64,000 nt of DNA from Squalus acanthias (Eukaryota): NCBI GenBank assembly GCA_030390025.1, contig CM059432.1, positions 66,714,001-66,778,000 on the forward strand, given 5' to 3'. Shown piece by piece: positions 25,431-38,859 of the stretch. Below the pieces are notes generated by a model. The model did no database searches, was not told the origin of the DNA, and saw nothing but the letters and a program-made list of their open reading frames with translations. Every line of letters starts with the position of its first letter. The first letter of the stretch is position 1. A program made the translations under genes and the position numbers.

Positions 25431-27695
25431 GATATATTAAAGTCCCTGTTCTGATTCCAATTGCATTAGGGTTTTTCCAGACCATGTTGAAGAAGTTTAA
25501 TTCTTTCCGAGTGTTGAATTTGATTTAACTGACAGCAGTGAAAATGTTCAGAGGCTGACCCTGTCAGTAATCCCAGGGTCAGTGAATTTCCATAAAGGTG
25601 GTGGGACAAGGGTGGGAGGCTCACCAGCACTCGGCTAGATATACCAGAGATGGAGAGATGGAGGATTGGAGGCAGAAAATTCAGGAAGGGGATGGAGCAA
25701 GGGTGCAGCTCGTAATTTAAAGGGCTACGTGCAGCTAAAGAGGTGAGCAGGCTCATGCAAGAGGGAATGAAATGGCCTCTGCAACAGAAGTGAAAAGGTA
25801 AGGATCTAATTTTCGACGTGCTGCTGTCCCAAATTAACAATATTGGAGCTCTGCCTGGTGGAACTAAGCACTGAGTGGCCAAACCAGATGGGGGCACAAT
25901 TGGGCTCAGTCGCGCCCATTTTTTGGAGCTACAAGGCCCCTTAAGCATCATATTGTAAAGGGGTTAGCGCACATACCTAACGTCTGCCGGTAGAATGGAG
26001 AGCAGGCAGATCATGACTTCAATCAGCATGCAACACTGATTTAATGCCAGCACTGCCATTTTGGAGCTCCACATTCTAGCCTCTGCCCTCTTAACCTCGC
26101 ACAGCTGAACACGACGTTAAGCAGCATGAAGGATCCCCACCAGCGCTATTTAAAGGGATCACCAACTAATTACAAGTTAGTTGCTGGTTTATTTCTTTTG
26201 GCTGTTGCTGCAATTCTATGAGTTTTGGGTGCTTCCTATAGTTGGTTAAAGTTTCAATACTGTACAGCAATGGTGTGACAGGTGCTGAAGTATTTTTTTG
26301 GTGACTAAATGCTTCTGCACAGAACAATTGCTCACAGACATGGGAGGACTAGTAAGCCTTCCTCTTGGCATTGAGCATGGCTAGGAGAATGAACAGAGGC
26401 CACGCAGAGCAGGATAAGGGGAGGAGGAAGAGGAGGAGCAGAATAGCTCTCACTAGGAGGCCATATCCATAGCATGCATTAAGGGAGCAATTCTTGTACC
26501 TGAACTTCAGTGACAATCAAGGCTTGAGGCATCCGTGTTGTACCAAAGAGGTCGTCACAGAAATCTACCACCTGCAGCAGCCACAACTGCAACCTCACAA
26601 CAGGGCAAGGATAGCATTGGCTGTGGCTGTCAAGGTGACTGTGACGATGAACTTTTAAGTGTCTAGCTCTTTCCAAGCTGCTGCTGAAGATATAAGCACA
26701 ATCTCTCAGTTTGTAGTGCATTGGGAAGTGACTGAGGCTCTCTATGCAAAGAGAGACAACTTCATCTCCTTCCCTCTTGCCAGAGAGAAGCAGGTGGAGT
26801 GAGCACAAAGGTTTGCAAGGATTGCAGGCTTCCCCATGGTGCAGGATGCCATTGACTGCACGCACATTGATTTACATGTGTCTCATGTCAACTCTGCCAT
26901 GTACTAGAACCAAAAGGGATTCCACTGCTTCAAAGTGAAGCTGGTGTGTGACCTCAGGCAGTGCATCATGGAGGTCAACGCCCGGTATCCTGGCAGCAAT
27001 TTCAATGCGTTTATTCTGTGGCAGTCCTCTGAGCCATTTTCATTTGAGCCATCACGGCAAAATAAAAGGTGGTTACTGGGCAACAAGGGTTATCCGCTGA
27101 CAGCATGGCTCAGGACTCCGGTCTGCAACCCACGCACTCGTGCACAGCAGGCGTACAATGAGAGCCACGCCGCCACAAGAAATCTGATAGAGCAGACCAT
27201 TAGCGCCCGGAAGCAATGGCCGCGATTTTGCCGGTGCTCAGAGGGCGGGTTTGGAGGCGGGTCCGGAGTTAAAATCAAAATGATTGACAGCGTGTTGCGA
27301 ACCCACCGCCACACAACTTCGCAAAGTGTCGGGTCTGCGACTTCCGATCAGACCCAACACCAAGCAGCGCGAGAGGCACTTAAGGCAGTTAACAGCTTGT
27401 TAGCTACCTGGATAATCCTACTTTGACAGGATTTTTCCATTTTGCCACATTTTCAACATGTTCCACATCGTTCGACAAACACGGCAGCTGATTGTGTCAG
27501 GTATAGCATCAAGCTGATTAGTTGACAGCTGCAACTGCAGCATAAAAGCTAACTTGCAACATAAGTTCACTTTCAGATGCCAGAACTTTCTGTTTTGAGG
27601 ATTTGGAACACATTTTTCAGGTGTATTGAGGTTGTAAGTGTTTATTCTGAGATCCATATGCACTGTGACCTCCTTGGAATACCCTCTCCCCACAT

Positions 27696-27945
27696 TGACT
27701 GAGCACTTACAACATCTGACGTAAGAAAACTACTAGGCACTTGGTCTAAGCGTTAAACAAAGCTTTAATCAACTGTTTTTCAACATGGAGGTCTAGTTGT
27801 GTCCTTCACTAGTTCCTGTTAAAGAATGTCCTGAGCAAGCTGGGCCCATGCCCAAGTATTTATACTCTCCCTGGACACCGCCACCAGCAGGTCACCCAGT
27901 ATTATTTCATAAGTCATTTCCACATGAATTTCAAGATTCATGTCA
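27696..27945 (-). mobile_element. Small solo LTR (250 bp)
   Basis: TGAC..GTCA termini, flanks ACAT and ACAA, minus-strand TATAAAT near 27860 and ATTAAA near 27765; absent from the related element A. Confidence 0.6.
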
Positions 27946-29970
27946 ACAACTCTTCCTCAACTGACATATATACCAGCGGAATGGGAACCATTTATATCCT
28001 CTCATCTTGGTCCTCACAATTGGAGGAAGAGCAGCCGTGGCAGCAGCAGAACCAGCACCAACAACAGGAGCAAAAACAGGAGCGCCAACCTCCTCCTCAG
28101 CCACCTGATGCTGCACAGGGCAGAGGGTGTCAGCGCAGGGCTGCACCGCGCCGCAGGAGGTACCCCCAACACGGGGTTTACAGGCAGAGGATGAGCTTCC
28201 TCAACATGAGTGAGTAGCAGTGCCAAAGGAGGCTGAGACTTTCGCGAGAAGTAGTCTCTGACATCTGCACAATGCTGCACCAACACCTGCAGCCCAGAGG
28301 AGCGGGTGGACACTCCTTACCAGTGGCTGTCAAAGTCACCACCGCACTTAACTTCTTTGCTTCAGGGTCCTTCCAGTGATCAGCAGCAGACATCAGCGGC
28401 ATCTCGCAGTCAGCCGCACACACTTGCATCACGCAGGTTACCGATACCCTGTTTGCCAAATCGCACAATTACATCCACTTCTCAACAGATGAAGCAAGTG
28501 TTACCGCGCATGCGGTTGGCTTTGCAAATATGGCAGACTTCCCAAGGGTGCAGGGAGTCATAGACTGCACACCTGTGGCCATTAGGGCACCCCATCACAA
28601 CCCAGCTGTGAACCGCAAGGGCTTCCACTCCCTTAACGTCCAGCTGGTGTGTAACATAGGAAGAACATTATGCATGTTTGCGCCAAGTTCCCTGGCAGTT
28701 ACCATGACTCGTTCATCCTGCGGCAGTCTACTGTGCCTCAGCTGTTCAATCCACCAACCCAACTTTCCGGATGGCTACTTGGAGACAAGGGCTATCCCGT
28801 GAAGACGTGGCTAATGACGTCGATGAGGAGGCCATCAAACAAAGCTGCAATGAGAGCCACATTTCCACCAGAAGCATCGTAGAACAAACGATAGGTTTGC
28901 TCAAAATGCGATTCAGATGCCTGGACAGATCAGGTGGAGCCCTACAGTGCGCACCAGCCAGGGTTCCAGAATCATCATGGTCTGCTGTGCACTGCACAAC
29001 ATCGCACAGCAGCATGGCTTACCACTGCCTGAGGAACAAGTGGCTCAATGCACAGCCTCCTCGGAGGAGGAGGAGGAGGGTGAGGAAGAGCCGAATGAGG
29101 CTGCAGATGAGGAAGACCTTGCGGAGGCGGCTGTCCCAGTGCCACCAGCACGTGAGCACATTGCTGGCTGTGAGGCGAGGGATGCACTAATCCATGCCAG
29201 ATTCACGTAACTTTACGTAGCAAACGCATGTGGCTGGCACATGGATATGAGTGTTTGCATGACCTTCATTACACATCATACAGCATCTTTACAATAAACT
29301 GTGCATTCCTATCACGCTCCCCACCATCACTAAAGATGAAAGGTGCCCTCACCCCTCACTGTGCCACTTCCATTTCTGAGCACACATAGGCATACTCTTT
29401 GATTCTTTGACATCACATTTCTTTAATGCAATTGAAATAATGATGACAAACATAACTTTGCATTATATCAAAACACCCAAGTGATTACCCTTGTGACTAT
29501 TTGTGTGTTAACTTTCTCTTACGTGTGCTTCTACGTGGTGCTTCCCCTGTGGCTTCAGCAGATGTAGAGGCAGCTTGCTCCCTTCTCTGCTGCGCCGGCT
29601 TAGACACCTTTGGTGGGCATCCTCTGGGTTTGGGTGCCTGAGAGGGCTCCGCAAAAGTCAGCTCCTCCTATGGCTGTGCAGGGGCAAAGACGGCCATTTC
29701 AGTTGGGTGAGGAATCTGGGGCTCTGATCGAGGGCTCCGCAGTGGCATGGGAGTGTGAGCACTTGGAGAGGAGCCCACACGTCCTTGTTGTCCACCGCCA
29801 ACATCCCTCTCAGGGGTCACCCGCACTTCACTGCTAGCAAGTAGCTGGAGAGCACCTTGCTGGAGCCATGAGGACCCATTTCTGTGCTGACATTCCTCAA
29901 TAACAAGGACGTCCATGAACCTTTGGTTTCTCTCAATAGATACCCATCTATCCTCCATAGATGACCATCT

Positions 29971-30089
29971 GTACAAAAAAAGAAAGAAAGACTTGCATTT
30001 ATATAGCGCCTTTCACGACCACCGGACGTCTCAAAGCGCTTTACAGCCAATGAAGTACTTTTGAAGTGGAGTCACTGTTGTAATGTAAG
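29971..30089 (-). mobile_element. Truncated SINE with L2-type tail (Deu-SINE/SacSINE1-like 3' end)
   Basis: (GAAA)n followed by GACTTGCATTTATATAGCGCCTTTCACGAC; same tail as 40183-40290; interrupts the Myb last exon. Confidence 0.75.
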
Positions 30090-31439
30090 AATCTATTTAG
30101 AAGTGTTCTGCTGTGTCTGGCAATTTATGTCCTCCCATGGAGGTTGCCATCCTTTCCCTGGTGGCACCTACATTCGCCATTGCGTGCACCATGGCATTGC
30201 TCATGTTTGACATGGACTCCTCCATTCTCTGCACACTCACAGTTACCGTGGTTGCAAACCCTGTCAGAGGCCTCCTGCACTTGTTCCTGAAGGTCCAGCA
30301 CCGCTCTCTTTCTGGATGGCCCCAGAGGCACAGCGTTTACATGCAGCTGAGCAGAGCGAGGAGCATCCTGCGACCTCCGACGAGAACTCTCCACTGCTGT
30401 CGCTGTCTCCAACATCTGCTCTTGCTCACTTGTGAGCTGTGAAACACCAGGTGACAACACTACTCTATGTCACGAAGGACCCACCGCTGATGCTGGGTGC
30501 GCTCATTTCTGCTGAAGCTGCTCCCTCAGAGGCTGCAGCTTCCTCTGAGGAGTCATCCAGCTCTTCCTCCTGGACAGTGGGGAGGGGGGGCTCTCGATGG
30601 TCCTGTGGGGGAGTAAAGGCATGTGTTATACATGTGATATTTAGGTAGCAGACACATCCCATTGTGCAGATGATCAGAACTCAATCTCTATGAATCTCAG
30701 ATGCCATATCAGTCACTCATGAAATCTAAATGAGAGGGTTGCAAATCTACTCTGTCACCAGCTTGCTCTACTGCACCCGTCTCTCCATCCCCCACTTCCA
30801 GCTCCTCTGCACCTCCAACGATCTCTATAGCAGCCTCCTCAGCGTTAGTTAAATGCGTCATGGAAGGTGGCCCTCCTCCTGTCCTCCCCCTCACCCTCTT
30901 ATTGTGGCTCTCTTTTCCTGCAATGAGGGACACAAGTGGAGTTTGAGCGAGAATGATGGAGTGAGTGGAGAGAATTCATAGCATAGATGCTTAGACGGAG
31001 ACAAAGATGGAGTGAGGTGCCAATACCAAGGGCCCTCCCTATGCATTGTTAGTTGTTGTCATTGCATAACAGTGATAGCAAGTGTGAGGGGTGCATAGTA
31101 GAATGGTAAAGTGATTCTGTACATAGAGAGAAAGGGATGGTTAAGCGTGCAAGGGATGTAAGGGTAAAGTGGGATGTGCAGGAGTAGGTTAACAATACAG
31201 AGTGCTGGTGATGAGAGGAGATGGGGAGCAGATTGAAGGTAAGTGTGATGTTATACTCACTTTTGCTGAGCGTAGCAGATCATTGAACCTTTTCCTGCGT
31301 GCACACAAAGACCTGGCGCTAACCTCCTCAGCAATTTGTAGCCAGGCTGCCTTTGTGTGCTGAGCAGGCTTCCTCCGTCCATTGGAGGGGAACAGAACCT
31401 CCTTGCACCTTCTTACTCCCTCCACAAGAGCATAGAGGA

Positions 31440-32282
31440 TGTAAGACGTGCAGAATTACCCCTCGCCCCGTCCAACAGGTTATAGAGTTCGGAGTTGAGA
31501 CTTATGAGAAATTACACCAGACACACCGGTTCTGTCTTTAACCTTTTATTGTTCCTAAGACAGATTCAAAACCCCAACCACTATTCGAGCAGTTCACCAA
31601 TAATATTACAGGAAATCATACATACAACCACCCGCTGATGATTGGTCCAGCGTTGATTGTAGGTCCTCGTAAGCAAAAAGACTGGCCAGGCCCCTCCTTC
31701 CTGACTGCAGCCTGATCCTCGTAGGTGAGATGACTGGCCAAACCACCTTCTCCCGACTGCAGTGCCGATACTCTTTAGCCACTGTGTTTTATACAGCTTT
31801 CTTTGCCTTTTGCAGTAAATCAATCATTCAGAGATAGTGAAATGTTCCTTTAATGTTGGTCTGAGCTGTTTGAGCAGTCAAACATTCACACTCACACATC
31901 CTGTGTGGCTATCCATTAGTTGTCCTTATCACAGCCCAAAATGCTTCATTCACTCCTAAAGTTTACAAAAGTGGCAGAAAACCATTTAGTTAGGTTCATG
32001 AGTTATGTCGTATTCTGCATTCCAAAACTTCAAAGGTTTGACTTCTCCCTTTTAACCTCCAAAAAGTCATCAGAGATACGATGTCTGCAAAATCTAAGGA
32101 GGTTTGTTTATCTCTATTGTCTATGACTACCCATTGCAGTCACAACCATGTTTCCTGCCTTATCAGTGAAAGACTGCTTGTTGCATTCACCAACTTTATT
32201 TCACTTTGAAAAACCTTTTTGCCTGGGAAAGCATTTCAAGAAATGTTAAAAATTAAGAATTAAGGGTCTGTGTTTGCCTACA
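31440..32282 (-). mobile_element. Solo LTR (843 bp)
   Basis: TGTA..TACA termini; minus-strand TATAAAA near 31790 and AATAAA near 31547; interrupts Myb exon 1 (compare element B at ~16890); TSD degenerate. Confidence 0.75.
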
Positions 32283-33622
32283 AGTGAGTCATCATCAACG
32301 CGGGGAGAAGCCTTTGTTCTTGGAGCAGCCATCTCGCAAAGACTAGCATTCAGGAGCATCAGAAAGTTACTAAAACCCAAAGGCTACATGGGCCCCTTAA
32401 ATGCAGCTGAATCGAAGACATCAGCAGAGGCGAGCAGCAGACCCGAACCCACTGATTGGGCCGGGTAATGCGCACGGCAGGCTTAATAAACCAATCTAAT
32501 GAAAATCGTTATCTCAGTGCGGTTGGAACTGGCAGCGGGATGGGAACCCGCCAAACAATGAACCCGACGCAAACCCGCCTCCGCTGGGAAAATCCAGTTG
32601 AATGATTCCACTGCCTGGACCACTCTGAAAGAGCCCTACAGTACTCAACTAAGCGGTTCTCAAGATTTGTGGTAATATGCTGCATGTTACACAGCCTTGC
32701 CATCATGAGGGAACAGCCCTTGTCACCACCTATCAGGCAAGAAACTGAGGAGCATGAAGAGGAGGAGGCGGAGGAGGTGGAAGAGGAAAAGGTGGAAGAG
32801 GAAGAGGCGGAAGAGGAAGGAAGGCTACAACCCAGACAGCCCCCTCCTGCCCAGGCTCTACGAGAACAAATAATTAATGAGCGATACCAGCAACCTCAAC
32901 CCAAATTCCTCATTCACCAACAGTCCCACATTCCTTACCTTCCCTCTGTCACTGACCATCACATCATCCTCTATCCCGCAATGCAAAAATAAAAGCCAAC
33001 ACAAAATACACATTCCAATCCAAATTTATAAATGAAATCATGCCATAGTGCATACATAAATAAAATAATCACCCTTGTGTATTCCCTTAACGCCTCTTCC
33101 GTGTGCCTTTGCCTGTCCTAGTGCTCCTACGAGGTACTTCCCCAGTGGCTATAGCATGGCTGGTGGAAGGACGCTGCATCATGGTTAGTTCCACAAGTGT
33201 GCTGGTGGAAGTAGCCACCTGCTCCATATTGGAAAGGATGGGCCCCAAAGTCTGTGTAAAGACCTGTGCCAAGTTGGTGCCGGACTCCTCCATGCTCCTT
33301 GACATTGAACGCAGGCTTTCTGGCAGGCTTTCTGGCAGGCTTCCCAATGCACCAAGCATTTCGGTGTGTGCACCCATCAGCCTTCTTCTGTAGCCTGCCC
33401 CATTAATGTCATCATCTGAGTTCTCTGCAGCAGAACTCGTGTGCGACCTCGCCCTCTGGCGAGTTGGGACCTGCGCTACTCTTTCCCCCTGCTCTGGCTG
33501 CAACGCACTTGTGCCAGGTGATTCACCACATGCAGATCCTGCCTCTATCCTATCCTCTAAATTACACTCAGTTTCAGTATCTGAGCTGATGGCTGCGAGT
33601 GTGAAAGCGAGTGACGGTGTAT

Positions 33623-34415
33623 TTCAGGTTGGCAAACTGTAACTAGTGGGGTGCCACAGGGATCAGTGCTGGGGCCTGAACTATTTACAATCTATATTAA
33701 TGACTTGGATGAAGTGACCGAGTGTACTGTAGTAAAATTTTCTGATGATACAAAGATAGGTGGGAAAGCAAGTTGTGAGGAGGACACAAAGAGTCTGCAA
33801 AGGGATATAGATAGGTTAAGTGAGTGGACAAAAATTTGGCAAATGGAGTATAATGTGGGAAAATGTGAGGTTATCCACTTTGGTAGCAAGAATAAAAAAC
33901 CAAAATATTATTTAAATGGAGAGAGACTACAGAATGCTGCGATACAGAAGGATCTGGGTGTTCTCGTATATGAAACACAAAAAGTTAGCTTGCAGGTACA
34001 GCAAGTAATTAGGAAGGCAAATGGAATGTTGGTCTTTATTGCAAGGGGGATGGAGTATAAAAGTAGGGAAGTCTTGCTACAACTGTACAGGGCATTAGTG
34101 AGACCACACCTGGAGTACTGTGTACAGTTTTGGTCACCTTATTTAAGGAGGGATATACTTGCACTGGAGGGTGTTCAGCTAAGGTTCACTTGGTTGATTT
34201 CTGAGTTGAAGGGGTTGTCTTATGAGGAAAGGTTGAGCAGGCTGGGCCTATACTCATTGGAGTTTAGAAGAATGAGAGGCGATCTTATTGAAACATTTAA
34301 GATTCTGAGGGGGCTTGACAGGGTAGATGCTGAGAGGATGTTTCCCCTCGTGGGGGAATCTAGAACTAGGGGGCATAGATTCAGAATAAGGGGTTGCCTA
34401 TTTAAGATGGAGATG
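33623..34415 (+). mobile_element. CR1 ORF2 RT fragment
   Basis: ORF 33651-34427: PQGSVLGP..KFSDDTK..RPHLEYCVQFWSP. Confidence 0.95.
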
Positions 34416-37058
34416 AGGCTCTGGTAGCTTTTGCAGCCGCGATGTCTGCAAATGTGCAGAGAATGGAGGAGTCCATCTCCAACATGAGAACCACCATGTC
34501 ACAGATGATGGCAAAGATATGCTGTTCCATGGAAAGGATGGCCACCTGCAATGGAGCAGAAAATGTGCCAGTCACATGAGCACATGCTAGCTGTGGACAA
34601 CAGATGGCAAACACTCATAGACCTCCTCTCTAGGAGAGATATAAACGTAGACTTGGACGTTCATCGCCCCAGTGCTGTGCAGCAAGGTGCTTTCCAGCTG
34701 ATTGCTAGCACGGAAGTGCAGGTGGCCCACGAGAGGGATGATGCTGAGAGGGGACATGGAAGTTCTCAAGGTGCTGCCACTTCTCCCCCATTGCCTCCCC
34801 CTCAGTCAGAGCCCCACAAGCTTCCTCGGATCCCGAGGGCCGAGTCTGCCCCTGCACAGTTGCAGGAGAAGCAGACTTTGGCAGGGCCATCACAAGCTCC
34901 AAAACCCAGAGGACGTCTGCCAAAAGTGTCTAACCAGTTGCAGCAGGGAGGTGAGCTGCCTGCCTCTACCTCTGCTGAAGCCACAGGTATTGCACCTCGT
35001 AGAAGCACTCGGCAAAGAAAAAAGACACAAAAGCAGATGCACACAGGTATGCACATGGGTGTATGAAAAAATGTTACGTCAAGTTTCAGTTCTTTTGATG
35101 ATTTCTTTGCACCACTTTCCGGTCTTGTCCATTTTTGCCAGCTACCTTGGAAGTGGCTTTGTCACTTGGAGTGAATGATGAGACATTACTTAAGCTCGAG
35201 CACTGGGGGTTTGGGTGAGAGGAATGGTTTGATCATTGTAGGGATGCTTTATGGTGTTGTTGTGGGGAACTTAATACAGTATGTGGCAGTCATACGGCTG
35301 CATTGGAGCAAGTTAAGTAAATCTGGCCATGATGAGGCCATCCCGGGCCTCCCGGGCAGCAATGTGCACCGCTGCTGGTGCCATTTCCACCTCAGGTTCC
35401 TCCTCCTCCTCCTCCTCTGAAGAGGCTGTGTGCTCTGCGCCTTGCTCCTCCTGCAGCTCCAATCCTCGCTGCTGCACTATGTTGTGCTGGGCGTAGCAGA
35501 CGACGATGATTCTGGAGACCCTGGCTGGTGCGTACTGAAGGGCTCATCCAGATATGTCAAGGCATCTGAAGCATATCTTCAGCAAGCCTATTGTTTGCTC
35601 TATGACACACCAGGTGGAAATGTGGCTTTCATTATAATGCTCCTCGGCCTCAGTATGTGGTGTCCTTAATGTTGTCAAGAGTCACGTCTTCAGTGGATAG
35701 CCCTGGTCTCCAAGCAGCCAGCTGGTAAGTCTGTTTGGAGGTGTGAAGAGCTGAGGGAGGGTGGAATGGCGCAGCACGGAAGTGTCGTGACAGCTGCCAG
35801 GGAATCTGGCGCATACATGCATAATCATCTTTTTATGGTTGCAGACGAGCTGCACATTGAGGGAGTGGATGCCCTTTTGGTTCATTAACACTCCTGGGTG
35901 ATGATGGGGTGCCTTCCTGGCCACATATGTGCAGTCGATGACACCCTACACCTGTGGGAAGTCAGCTAGAGCCGCAAAGCCGAGCGCCCGCTCAGTAACA
36001 CTGGCCTCATCAGTGGCAAAGTTGATAAAATTGGCTAACTTGTGAAACATGGCATCAGTCACCTGGGTGATGCATCTGTGAGGGAGATCCCGCAAATGTC
36101 TGCTGCAGATCATTGGAAAGAGCCTCAGGTGAAGAAGTTGAGGGCGGTGGTGACTTTGACAGCCACTGGTAAGGAGTGTCCACCAGGACCTCTGCAAAGC
36201 AGGTCTTGTTGCAGCAATCTACAAATGTTTGCGACGTCTTGGCACGATAGCCTGAGCCTCCTTTGGCATTGCTGCTCAGTCATGTTGAGGAAGCTCATCC
36301 TTTGCCTGTATACCCTGTGTTGGGGGTATCGCCTCCAGCGCACTGCAGCCCTGTGGTGCCCCCCTCTCTCCAGTGGAGCATCAGGTCATTGAGGTGAAGG
36401 CTGCTGCTGTGGTTGCTGCTGCTGCTGGTGTTTTGGCTGCTGCTGCTGGTGTGGCTGCTGCTGCTGGTGGTGGGGCTCATCTTGGTCCGATTCTGAGGAC
36501 CAAGGTGTGACAGTATAAGCGGCACCCATGCTGATGTAGTAGATGGCAGGTAAAGTGGAGATCAGAAGGCCAATCCCTCAATGTTCTGGTACCGAGTAGC
36601 AATGTGGTGAGAGTGGCTGTTGAGGTTGCAGAAATGACCTGCAAACTACTGACACCTAAATCTGTGGAAAAAATGGAGTCAGCAAGAGCCTTTCCATGAG
36701 GCAAGTAATGAGGTGTAATGATGCAGTATTTATCTGCTTTTCCCAGCTCTCGGTGAATGGACTCACCAATGGTCACTGAGCTTCTGCCTCCCCTTCACAG
36801 GCGAGGTACCCGAGATGCAGGAATCCCATGCTCCTGCAGTAAAAGTAAAAAGCTGGTGTTAAAAACCCTCTTAAGGGTCTCTCAACAAGCAGTTAATGAC
36901 TTGAATGAGGTCACGCACCTCTGCTGATCGGCTCTGTGTCGTACCTTCAAAGCTGTCTGAGTTAAGTGAGCGAGGCGGCGGGATGATGGCGATTTCCGGT
37001 ATTTTTCCTGCCGACCCGCCCCCAAACCCGCACGCTCAGCAACGGGAAAATTCCGGCC
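34416..37058 (-). mobile_element. Degenerate Harbinger element E (transposase on -, Myb last exon on +)
   Basis: ORFs 36125-36343, 35946-36197 and 35682-35924 ([17 protein letters not shown]); Myb C-terminal ORF 34551-35066; end AAAATTCCGGCC. Confidence 0.87.
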
Positions 37059-38073
37059 TTCATGATTGCTGGAAAAAGAGGAAGATTTGTCAATTGGAGC
37101 AGCACACCCAACCACCACCTCAAAGCTACCTGGAGGAGTTCATTCTGGATATAGCAAGTCACCACTTTGTGGGGTCCATTGAAGAGGGACACGGGAAGCC
37201 ATCCTGTATTTGGAGGTTAGTACCCATTCTTGCAACTTTTGATTCCCTCCATGTATTTGTCATAAACTCAGGTATTCTATCCGTAGGCAACTTAACCAAG
37301 CATCACAGCATCATAGCATGGCATGTGTTGGCTACCGAAATGTGTTACAAGCAATGCTTTGCAGATTGCAATAGATGCTTTTTCCCAATGTGTTTCCGTA
37401 GGGACAGCTAAGCAGCATCAGCTAGCAGGGCTTAAGGGTGTAAGCTCATTCATCTTGCATGATACAGCATCAATCGCTGTGTCTGCAACAAGCAACAACT
37501 CAGGAATATTCACTCTGGGGAAGGTGTAGAGTTAGATTTAGAGCAGGAAGCAGTGCAGTAAACACACACAGCATGAATGAGAGGAGCAAGTGCGGGTATC
37601 AGCAAAAGAGCAGGAAGAAGTTGGCTAGAGGATCAGCTCGAGGTCACTCTGGGGTTTTGCATCCAGTTGATACAGAATGTCTCTCTCCTCTCTCTGTCTG
37701 ATCCACTATGCACATTTAATAGGAAGCGGTAGCCTCCAAATCTTTCAGTAGTTAGTCCACTGCACCAACACACTGAGCAGTGACTGCTGCTAACATCTGA
37801 GTGGTGTTAAACATATCCCAAACCAGTCAAAGATTGACAGCTCGTGAAAGAATTTAAAAATATATTATCATCAGGGAAAATGTGGCAAAGCAAACTTCAA
37901 GCTTCAGTCGGTGGATTGCAGGCCAATTACGCTCAGATCATTCCATTACAGTGTGAACGGGCAAACCTTGCTGCACTCTGCACAGTACACCTGTTTTATA
38001 ACTGCAGATACGGTTTCTCCAGGAGGGTAAGGGCTATTTGCCGTATAACTGTTCGGACTTACTGTTTATTCAG

Positions 38074-38250
38074 AATAACTTGCATTTATATAGCACCATT
38101 AACCTGGAAAAACACCCCAAGGCACTTCACAGAGGCGTGATCAGGTACAATTGCACACAGAGCCAAAGAAGGGGATTTTAGGATTGGGTGACCAAAGGCT
38201 TGGTCAAAGAGATGGGTTTTCAGGAGTTATTAAAGGAGGAGAGAGGTAGA
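38074..38250 (-). mobile_element. L2 3' tail fragment
   Basis: AACTTGCATTTATATAGCACC..CCCAAGGCACTTCACAG..TAAAGGAGGAGAGAG. Confidence 0.7.
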
Positions 38251-38434
38251 CCCAAGGTGATCAAGCTTGGCTTCTGCAGGTGTTGGACTTTAATGTGAGT
38301 CATATCACATGATGCCCAGAATGTATATTGAAGCGAGGTACCGTATCACCAAACCTCCAGACCTTGACATAATGGCCATTGATGGTTTAACTGCTAATCA
38401 ATTTAACCTGATGTTTCCTGCCTGAATTTAGAAA

Positions 38435-38741
38435 TACAGACTGCAGCATTTGACACGTTGGACCCCTGTGACCCCACCTCATTGTCTTAGCTGTATTTTG
38501 CTGTGTCTTTGATGTAATGCCTTCCTGACTGACCTGATTGTATCTCTGCCGAGGTGTGATGGAGGGCAGTCAGTAAGATTTACTGTAGTCGTCTGACATT
38601 GTACGCTACACATTGTTCTCTGTCTATATATGCTTTGCTGATTTGTATTCCTTCACTTTACCTGACGAAGGAGCAGTGCTCCGAAAGCTCATGATTTCAA
38701 ATAAAACTGTTGGACTATAACCTGGTGTTGTGTGACTTCTC
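38435..38741 (+). mobile_element. Short non-coding Penelope-type insertion (307 bp) with an 11-bp TSD
   Basis: GAATTTAGAAA is duplicated at 38424-38434 and 38742-38752; contains a hammerhead core followed by AATAAA. Confidence 0.75.
38656..38695 (+). ncRNA. Minimal type I hammerhead ribozyme motif
   Basis: CTGACGA (38662-38668), A-GGAGC-AGT-GCTCC stem II, GAAA, GC-TC; stem I is degenerate. Confidence 0.7.
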
Positions 38742-38859
38742 GAATTTAGAAAGGAACAGGAGATGACCTGGACAATCCCAGATAGTTAATGCGTCCTTGC
38801 TAATAGTTGCTAATGTGTTAGCATTGTTCTGGGCAATCTGCTATTAACACAGAGATTAG

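Larger units (their letters stand above)
27218..32600 (+). mobile_element. Degenerate full-length Harbinger element C nested in the transposase of D
   Basis: AAT duplication at 27215-27217 and 32601-32603; ends GGCCGCGATTTT and AAAATCCAGTTG; transposase pseudogene ~27981-29210; Myb pseudogene on -. Confidence 0.88.
25890..33622 (+). mobile_element. Degenerate Harbinger element D (host of element C); Myb side truncated
   Basis: Left end GGGGGCACAATT; transposase remnants at 26340-27217 resume at 32601 (..KQ|xFHCLDHS..); Myb last exon ORF 33087-33503. Confidence 0.82.
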
